From Octopus sinensis (taxonomy: Eukaryota), in the NCBI RefSeq assembly GCF_006345805.1, contig NC_042998.1, forward strand, positions 123,380,001 to 123,444,000: DNA of 64,000 nt, in the 5' to 3' direction. Below the pieces are notes generated by a model. It had not been told where the DNA came from. It worked only from the letters and a program-made list of their open reading frames with translations, and searched no databases. How positions within the stretch are numbered: position 1 is the stretch's first letter; every line of letters begins with the position of its first letter. This document shows positions 54,572-64,000 of the stretch, piece after piece. The position numbers were made by a program, and so were the translations under genes.

Positions 54572-57500
54572 AAATATTACATTATATATAAGGGCTTAGT
54601 AAAATAAATTACTTTGCCACATACTGAACTCATTAGAAATAGCAGCTAAAGACATTTCTTCAGCTATTTCTAATACTTAAAGAAGATCTCTCTCAGATAG
54701 TGTTTGCCTAAACTAACTCACACGAGTATGGGGGAAAAAACATTAAAAAATCAAATGCAAAGGTTATTTGAGAACGTACGTTTCTAGATTAGTCAATTCG
54801 ACATTTCTTTCTTCAGTTCAGAATTCCTTAAATCGGATTTAGGAACACTGAAAGTCGGGAGCATACCCTTTCGGCTTCTAATCACCTCTAGAATTCTGCT
54901 CGAACTAAAAGTGCTATCAAATTCGAATATGCAAGCGAAGAATTTCTGCTCTCCCCTTTCCACCAGCGTGGGTTAAAATTGACAAACACCATGTATTAAC
55001 GGTGAAAACCGCAGAATTTAGCAGAGAGAGATGAATTATAATTTCAACAATTGAGGGTAAAATTAATTAACTATTAATCAATTTCACCAAGTATTCAGTA
55101 TGTAAAGGGACCATTATAGGCGAATTCAAAATATTACATTATATATAAGGGCTTAGTAAAATAAATTACTTTGCCACATACTGAACTCATTAGAAATAGC
55201 AGCTAAAGAAATTTCTTCAGCTATTTCTAATACTTAAAGAAGATCTCTCTCAGATAGTGTTTGCCTAAACTAACTCACACAAGTATGGGGGGAAAAACAT
55301 TAAAAAATCAAGTGCAAAGGTTATTTGAGAACGTACGGTTCTAGATTAGTCAATTCGACATTTCTTTCTTCAGCTCAGAATTCCTTGAATCGGATTTAGG
55401 AACACTGAAAGTCGGGAGCATACCCTTTCAGCTTCTAATCACCTCTAGAATTCTGCTCGAACTAAAAGTGCTATCAAATTCGAATATGCAAGCGAAGAAT
55501 TTCTGCTCTCCCCTTTCCACCAGCGTGGGTTAAAATTGACAAACACCATGTATTAACGGTGAAAACCGCAGAATTTAGCAGAGAGAGATGAATTATAATT
55601 TCAACAATTGAGGGTAAAATTAATTAATTATTAATCAATTTCACCGAGTATTCAGTATGTAAAGGGACCATTATAGGCGAATTCAAAATATTACATTATA
55701 TATAAGGGCTTAGTAAAATAATTACTTTGCCACATACTGAACTCATTAGAAATAGCAGCTAAAGAATTTCTTCAGCTATTTCTAATACTTAAAGAAGATC
55801 TCTCTCAGATAGTGTTTGCCTAAACTAACTCACACAAGTATGGGGGGAAAAACATTAAAAAATCAAGTGCAAAGGTTATTTGAGAACGTACGTTTCTAGA
55901 TTAGTCAATTCGACATTTCTTTCTTCAGCTCAGAATTCCTTGAATCGGATTTAGGAACACTGAAAGTCGGGAGCATACCCTTTCGGCTTCTAATCACCTC
56001 TAGAATTCTGCTCGAACTAAAAGTGCTATCAAATTCGAATATGCAAGCGAAGAATTTCTGCTCTCCCCTTTCCACCAGCGTGGGTTAAAATTGACAAACA
56101 CCATGTATTAACGGTGAAAACCGCAGAATTTAGCAGAGAGAGATGAATTATAATTTCAACAATTGAGGGTAAAATTAATTAATTATTAATCAATTTCACA
56201 AGTATTCAGTATGTAAAGGGACCATTATAGGCGAATTCAAAATATTACATTATATATAAGGGCTTAGTAAAATAAATTACTTTGCCACATACTGAACTCA
56301 TTAGAAATAGCAGCTAAAGAAATTTCTTCAGCTATTTCTAATACTTAAAGAAGATCTCTCTCAGATAGTGTTTTCCTAAACTAACTCACACAAGTATGGG
56401 GGGAAAAACATTAAAAAATCAAGTGCAAAGGTTATTTGAGAACGTACGTTTCTAGATTAGTCAATTCGACATTTCTTTCTTCAGCTCAGAATTCCTTGAA
56501 TCGGATTTAGGAACACTGAAAGTCGGGAGCATACCCTTTCGGCTTCTAATTACCTCTAGAATTCTGCTCGAACTAAAAGTGCTATCAAATTCGAATATGC
56601 AAGCGAAGAATTTCTGCTCTCCCCTTTCCACCAGCGTGGGTTAAAATTGACAAACACCATGTATTAACGGTGAAAACCGCAGAATTTAGCAGAGACAGAT
56701 GAATTATAATTTCAAATGGTCCCTTTACATACTGAATACTTGGTGAAATTGATTAATAATTAATTAATTTTACCCTCAATTGTTGAAATTATAATTCATC
56801 TCTCTCTGCTAAATTCTGCGGTTTTCACCGTTAATACATGGTGTTTGTCAATTTTAACCCACGCTGGTGGAAAGGGGAGAGCAGAAATTCTTCGCTTGCA
56901 TATTCGAATTTGATAGCACTTTTAGTTCGAGCAGAATTCTAGAGGTGATTAGAAGCCGAAAGGGTATGCTCCCGACTTTCAGTGTTCCTAAATCCGATTC
57001 AAGGAATTTGAGCTGAAGAAAGAAATGTCGAATTGACTAATCTAGAACGTACGTTCTCAAATAACCTTGCACTTGATTTTTTAATGTTTTTTCCCCCATA
57101 CTTGTGTGAGTTAGTTTAGGCAAACACTATCTGAGAGAGATTTCTTTAAGTATTAGAAATAGCTGAAGAAATTTCTTTAGCTGCTATTTCTAATGAGTTC
57201 AGTATGTGGCAAAGTAATTTATTTTACTAAGCCCTTATATATAATGTAATATTTTGAATTCGCCTATAATGGTCCCTTTACATACTGAATACTTGGTGAA
57301 ATTGATTAATAATTAATTAATTTTACCCTCAATTGTTGAAATTATAATTCATCTCTCTCTGCTAATTCTGCGGTTTTCACCGTTAATACATGGTGTTTGT
57401 CAATTTTAACCCACGCTGGTGGAAAGGGGAGAGCAGAAATTCTTCGCTTGCATATTCGAATTTGATAGCACTTTTAGTTCGAGCAGAATTCTAGAGGTTA

Positions 57501-57902
57501 TTAGAAGCCGAAAGGGTATGCTCCCGACTTTCAGTGTTCCTAAATCCGATTCAAGGAATTCTGAGCTGAAGAAAGAAATGTCGAATTGACTAATCTAGAA
57601 ACGTACGTTCTCAAATAACCTTTGCACTTGATTTTTTAATGTTTTTTCCCCCATACTTGTGTGAGTTAGTTTAGGCAAACACTATCTGAGAGAGATCTTC
57701 TTTAAGTATTAGAAATAGCTGAAGAAATGTCTTTAGCTGCTATTTCTAATGAGTTCAGTATGTGGCAAAGTAATTTATTTTACTAAGCCCTTATATATAA
57801 TGTAATATTTTGAATTCGCCTATAATGGTCCCTTTACATACTGAATACTTGGTGAAATGGATTAATAATTAATTAATTTTACCCTCAATTGTTGAAATTA
57901 TA
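54572..57902. repeat. Palindromic tandem array of a ~557 bp unit (candidate retrozyme / tandem pLTR retroelement)
   Basis: Forward unit starts at 54575, 55132, 55689 and 56243 (last truncated at 56715). Inverted units start at 56716, 57269 and 57825 (last ends at ~57900-57902). Copies are nearly identical, with (TA)n on both sides. Confidence 0.95.
57562..57613 (+). ncRNA. Type I hammerhead-like motif in the 557 bp unit (representative copy; also at 55881-55932 and in copy 4 on the minus strand)
   Basis: Stem I UGAG/CUCA; core CUGAAGA 57566-57572; interrupted stem II (AGA/UCU plus GUC-GAAUU-GAC); GAAA 57598-57601; self-complementary ACGUACGU stem III; triplet GUU. The stem II closing pair is A.A, which is atypical. 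Confidence 0.55.
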
Positions 57903-58927
57903 TATATATATATATATATAGTGAGAGAGAGAGAGAGACATACACACACACACTCATTTATATGTGTGTGTGTGTGTGTGTGTGCGTTTATGTGTGTTTG
58001 CATATACATGAAAGTCTTTCGCGACGAGTTCACAATCCTTTCAAAAATATTGTAAATAATCATGGTGCTGGATATTCAAATCTCTTCATCTTCTCAACAA
58101 GAGATATCGTGAAATTCAGGAAAAATAAAGAAATATCTTGGCAATCTACGAGCAATAGACAATATATTCTTTCTATACATTTCTGTAGCTTGTCGTTCAA
58201 ATTAGATATATTGAACAGTGGATGGTCTTGCTAAAGCAAGGTTGGAAAACTCAGCGAATAGCCTTTAAAATGTATAAATGATATCGTCAAAACGATGCAC
58301 TCTCTCTGAAGCTGCAATAAAAACCCTGATACAAAACATCGATAAAACAGCAGGTAAAGAGTAAAGAAATTCAATGAACACAGCCATATATCTATAATTT
58401 TCAAAGAAAACATAAAATTATAAAAGGAAACAGTAACAAGCTGCATAGAAAGTCGTATTCATATGTACAAGAAAGTACGAAATATAAAGAAATAATAAAA
58501 TTATAATAGAGCATCCAGAAACCCCTGTGAAGAGAAACTCATGAAGGAAAGTTCAGCGATACCATACAAATTACCGCTATGCTATTATATATATATATAT
58601 ATATATTCATGCGTGTGTTCTCATACGCATATGTATACTGACATATAAATACGTATAAATGCATACATACTCATATACATATATGTTAATATTGAACACT
58701 GAGAATGAGTGTTCAACACCGCATTGGTGAATAATAATTCTTTATCTACCGGTTAAGGCTACCATCAAGATGGAAACGAGCATTGGTGTTCTACGTGGTA
58801 CGCTTGGCCATTGTTAAGGTATGTATATGGTGTAGAAAAATTTTGTTCTTTTAATTCAAAGTTTTCGAATGTGCATAATATCACTCTCCTCTTCTTTATC
58901 ACTGTTTTTTATATATATATATATATA

Positions 58928-60730
58928 ACCCTTGATATCAACATTTTATATACGGTGATGCCACACAAAGAAGGACTTCTTGCGCTTAAACACTTTCTAG
59001 ATCTCCGGCCTGATTTTCACCTTGACACCTCCGGACTTCTTCGTCTGGCCGAATTTGTTCACTCCCTCAATTGCTTCTCATTCACGGGGCAGTTTTACCA
59101 ACAGTTCTCGTGTGTGGCAATGGGAACGTGAACGGGACCATCTATGTGAACGTATTCATTGGCTACGTTGTGGCCCAAATATTCTACCAATTCATTGGTC
59201 TCACTCCCGAGCTATACGGTCGTTATATCGATGACAGTATCGGCGCGATACCACGTCCCCATGAACAAGTGGATCCATTCCTCTCCTTTGTCCAATCCTT
59301 CCATCCTGCCTCGAATTCTCCTGCACTATCTCTAAGTCTTTCGTCGAATTTTTTAACATTTCTGGCAGCATCCACCACTCCGCTCTCGCTACCTCCGTCC
59401 AGTACAAACACACTGACTTACATCCGGCCTAACGTTTCCTCCTAGACCAAGCGCTCCATCCCCTACTCCCAACTGCTCTGTCTACTCAGGCTCTGCAGTG
59501 ACGACCATGACTTTGTGACTCAGTCTCAACTCATGGCTTTCCAATTAATCGTACGTGGATATCCCCATTGTCCTTATCATTATCTCTACTGTTCTTGCCC
59601 GGCCAGTATCTGTCGACCGTGTCTCTGCTCTTTCTTCTCATATCTGCCCCACACTTACTCATCTCCCGTTTCCCTTCACCTTCCACGCCTCTACCCTACC
59701 CCAACGCATCATTCTACGAGCCTCCTGTTCCACAGTTTCTTCCCTATCCCAACCTCCTAGCCTGGTTCCTACCCCTGTTCCCGCCCACGCTTTCGCACCC
59801 GCCCCTACCTCTCCAACACAACCATCATGACGGGTACCCATCACGTCACCGACTCGTCCCTATCACCTCACCGACTCCTTTACCTGCACCGCTAGTAATG
59901 TACTTTACTGCATCCCCTGTGTCCTTCCCTGCAGATTAATCAGAAGGGCCGCTTCTTGGCCGACCGGTTCGCGGAGCAACTCCGGGACATCAGACTCGGC
60001 AATGACACCCTGGTCTCGAGCTATTTCCGCTCTACCGCTCATTCGCTACATCTGTTTGAGTTCGGACTGTTTCTTCACAAGGGCCACTGGGACCCCAACG
60101 TTCACCGTGAACAGGATTTAAACTTCTCACTTCGTTCCTTTGCACCACTTGGGCTCAACTCACCTCCACTTTTCATGTGACACCAACGTCAACTCCTCTC
60201 TTCATTTAACAATAATCCCTCACCTCCCACAATCCCGTACACACATGCATACAGCTCAACTCGGCATACTCACCCACACCCACCACTATAAACACTCCCA
60301 CCCACAATATTCAACTCATCACTCACTTCACATACCATTACACAACACCTTCGCACACCATACACACTTCTCAGCATCCACACAGCACACCATCATGCAC
60401 ACTCCCACATCGACAAAAGCACATAATACCTGAACACAGAATTATATACACATGCATACATACACACACACGCAACACCCATAAACACACTCAATACACA
60501 TATACAAAGATACCTTTCGCCCACATACATACACTAAGCACACTATTTACTAACATTATCACACACAGATACATTCTCTCTCTGTTTATTTCCGCTTATT
60601 CCTTTCTGTCGAAGAGCTTAGGCTCGAAACGTAAAAAACTTTTCCATTTTTCTCGAGTGTGAAACTAATAGGCATGGCTGTTGTTTCCACACCTGTTATC
60701 ATCCTTGCCTTTCTATAAATTTCAACTCTC
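58928..60730 (+). mobile_element. Penelope-like element: RT plus GIY-YIG (frameshifted), CA-rich UTR and 3' pLTR
   Basis: TLDINILYTVMPH..FSFTGQFYQQFSCVAMG, GRYIDD, SIPYSQLL, CTASNVLYCI, LADRFAEQLRDI and FSLRSFAPLGLN* (stop at 60178-60180); pLTR at 60570-60730. Confidence 0.88.
60601..60640 (+). ncRNA. Minimal hammerhead-like motif with variant core CUGUCGA
   Basis: cuuuCUGUCGA-A-GAGC-uuag-GCUC-GAAAC-GUA-aaaa with a palindromic ACGU stem III. Confidence 0.55.
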
Positions 60731-60767
60731 TCTTATCCTCATCATCAACATCATCATTAGTAAAACT

Positions 60768-60768
60768 C

Positions 60769-60813
<45 letters not shown>

Positions 60814-60838
60814 TAGTAGTAGTAGTAGTAGTAGTAGT
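60768..60838. repeat. (AGT)n microsatellite
   Basis: Direct run. Confidence 0.95.
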
Positions 60839-63438
60839 GCCAGCAACAACAAGAACAGCAGCAGCGACATTAACTTCAAATCAGTATCAGCATCAGTATC
60901 AAAAAAATTGGAGGCAGCAACACTGCTCTAATGGCTGTTGTAGAAATAGGAATGGTAAAAACAGCTGTAGTAGTTGGAATTGCAGTAATAACGAAAACAG
61001 CAGAATTTTGTTTCATCTTTTTAAAAATAATTAGCAGTACCAAAGTTGATATCATATGATGCTGATTCATTTAGGGGTAAAGAGAGGGATAATAAAAATA
61101 AATATAGGCAGGCGAACTGACCAGCAGAACTTTAGGATAGACACGTTTTGTTGTTGATTAACTTGGGTAAGAATCAAGGATTAACAAAAAATGAAATTAA
61201 GAGAGAGTGTAATAATTTACAACCACAGTGTTAGTATGAGATAATAACGGGCGTCAGACCGCCTCATTTGGATTTGTTTGGGATTAAGAGTACATATCAC
61301 TATTTTGTCTGTTTTATTTTCACAGGATATTTGTGTGTGAAAAAATTCAATGGATGGGTATGCAGATTATGAGAAGAATCAGTTGTGCTTATTGGAAACG
61401 ATGAAATTTTTATTATTTTGTTTGGAATCAATAGAAGAACATGTTTACGCTTTTATGTTTGCACAATAAGCCTCATCAATATTGACTGTTGTTAAGCAAT
61501 AACAGAATAGCTGACCACAACAGTTTATAGTAAATTGCACACATAATAAACATACCAGATTTACGAAAATGTTAGATTCCCTCCCACCATTGAGCGATTT
61601 ATGTAACAGAAAACACTTCTGGAAATGGACGAATTGGATCGAAGTATGAAATACAAGCCTGAAACAATTATTGAATGCAAAACGGTTATGAAGTTTGTCA
61701 GAGTGTTAGTCAATGACATCGACCTAAATACTTGACTAATACTTATTTTTATTAACACAAAAAGAAGTATAGAACATTACAAGCTTCCATCCTGTTTACT
61801 AAGTCCTTCCACCAAATTTCTGGCCTGTACTTGTTAAGAGATTTAATTTTAGGGCGGTACTTTTTGAGAATCTTTCGCTCGACGTATTTCTTTTGGTACT
61901 GCATTTTGTTTTCAAATCGCACCGAGGACAATTGAAATTTTTATCCCTTTAAGTCAATAAAATATATAGGACCACATATGGGCTACATATTTATCTAATC
62001 AACAAACCCGGTCCTTAAATCTGAAGCCAATAAAATGAACTACTAGTCAAGAACTGCCCACATTGGTCATAGGTTGAATATATTGCTAAGCTAACAAAGG
62101 AATAAAGTGACAGAAGTCAACGAAACCTCTAAGTGTGCAGTGTTTTTTCATGTTACAGCAGCAATATTATCACACTATGCATCTTGAGCAATCGAGGCAT
62201 CATCAGTTGACAGAATACGAACCATTGTCATAGCCGACAACAGACAATTAACGATGTACTGCGACTGTCTCACACATAAATTTTCACTATCTGCATCATG
62301 TTTACAAATACTTATTTAGGGAATTCTCAAATAGACTTCAGAAAGTGTTATTAGACTTCATCATCGTGATACAATCTAAATTAATTACTGCTCTCTATTC
62401 TGTGCGGGAACTGTGTATTTGTTTCATGCTGTTTAGTGGTGCAATAAAAAAACTCCGGTTTTAATTAAATATCCATAAAACCAATGAATAAGATAATTAA
62501 TTGAGTTGTTGAATCCTCTGTTCTCATTTTCCAATTCTCTCATTTGGTTTTTACTTTACCTTTTATATGTTTTCCTTTAATTTATTTCTTTTTATGTTTT
62601 GCACATCTAAATAGCAATTATGTATTAGAATCAAAGCAATTTAAATTTAATATTTTTGATATGTATAAAATAATTTCCAAATTAGTTATATTGAAACAAA
62701 CATTGCAATTACAAATACAATTTTACAAAATAAAAAAGCTCTAATATAGCTATATATTTGACATTAACGGGAAAATATCTTTTCATATTAACAATAAACT
62801 TATATACTTCAATAACAATACAATACGAATAATTGTTCGAATTTATTTAATTAAAATTTCTAGGGGTCAATGTTGTTTATTCATTATCGCAGTATGTGTC
62901 CATACATTATTTACTAGGTGTTCATATGTATTATTTTCTAATTGAAAATTAACACCATATTAATTATAACTCAGGAATTGTATTAACTATTTAATTATGA
63001 GAACGACGTTTTTCTATTCATTTGCCTTGGCGTTTATTTGCGCGTCACCTAAGGAAAAGAAATTTAACAATTGTTGCTATTCTTAACATTAGGTATCCTA
63101 CATATGACATCACATTTTGTAAATGAAATATCTTAATGAAGGCAAACCAGATTTAAGCTTAGAAAGACATTTCCAGCAGTTAGCGAAACTGCAAAGAAAG
63201 GCTCCAGAACAGACACATTTATAGACAGGGGTCTCAACAGATTTATGGACACATCAACCTTTAGTCAGAATTTGTTTATTAATTCATATTCAAGTGATGT
63301 ATTATTCTTTTATATCACTGAACATATTTTCCTGGTTGCTGAAATTAAAAGTGTTCGTAATCGAAATACACTTAACAAAACAATATATTCTGAAATGCAT
63401 ACAATGTATGCTGCCTACTGAATGACGTTGCGTGTTTA

Positions 63439-64000
63439 CAAGGTGCATTCAAGAAGTTTTGAGATCTTCTGAAGTGAGACATTATTGATTTCTAAGACGT
63501 ATAAAATACTACTCTCTTTTAAAGTATGATTCTCTGATTCAAAGTACTAGTTCTAGCTCTCCAGTCACTTCATGAAAGCCCCATGAAAATTCTTGTCACA
63601 GCTTTTTTCATCTTTTCAGTTTGAGAAACAACCGCCAAAGTTACAAGGATCAAGGTCTCGACTGTTGGTAGGGTGAGAGATAGTTGTTATACCCACCTCT
63701 TCCAAGTAGTGTGAACTAGAATATTGTCCTAATGAAGGTGCCACCGAATCAAGGAGAAGAACTCTAGCATTTTAAGACGAAATCCCTTCCCGAACCCCTT
63801 CAAAACATGCACGTTGTACTTTTTGATGGCTCTCTGGCAAAAGTGATCCCAGTCTTGCTGTCGACAAAAGGTATCATCATGAGCTTATAGGTGCACTTGA
63901 TTTTCTGACTGTCTTGGAACTGGGGAAACCAGGATGCTTTTGTTGAGCATGCTGTCTGTTAGTCTTTGGATCACAAGAGTAGATCTAACTTTCATCACAG
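63439..64000 (-). mobile_element. mariner (D,D34D) transposon 3' part, running off the window edge
   Basis: Minus-strand CDES*IYSCDPKT, KLMMIPFVDSK, WHLH*DNILVH and ISHPTNSRDLDPCNF; TIR-like caaggtgcattcaagaagtt after TA 63437-63438. Confidence 0.75.

Noticed and set aside
61560-62300. Short protein-like frames (KTLLEMDELDRSMKYKPET..; QQYYHTMHLEQ..)
   Set aside because: They are bounded by stops, lack convincing paired splice sites and match no family I recognise.

Overview
AT-rich, repeat-dense animal genomic DNA. It is most likely octopus, inferred from the tRNA-derived SINE families and the extreme (TA)n/(CA)n/(TAA)n microsatellite load. I can support no intact host protein-coding gene; almost all ORFs in the track are microsatellite read-throughs or decayed transposon frames. 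The window holds fragments of R4/Dong-like RLE LINEs (4), a Tx1/L1-like LINE, RTE LINEs, CR1-group LINEs, at least 6 Penelope-like (PLE) pieces, two Tc1 and three mariner remnants, one non-autonomous Helitron and more than a dozen SINE copies. The standout is a young 3.3 kb array at 54572-57902 of a ~557 bp unit (about 3.85 copies forward, then about 2.1 copies inverted) inserted in (TA)n. Each unit carries a type I hammerhead-ribozyme-like motif, a long hairpin and a TATA-like box. The breakpoints match twin-primed reverse transcription of one multimeric RNA, so it is a candidate retrozyme-like or PLE-mobilised non-autonomous retroelement. Hammerhead-like motifs also occur in three PLE terminal repeats, and one inverted PLE arm ends at the predicted cleavage site. 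A promoter-like island with a 44 bp minisatellite lies at about 23.4-24.0 kb. All calls were made by eye; boundaries of decayed elements are approximate.
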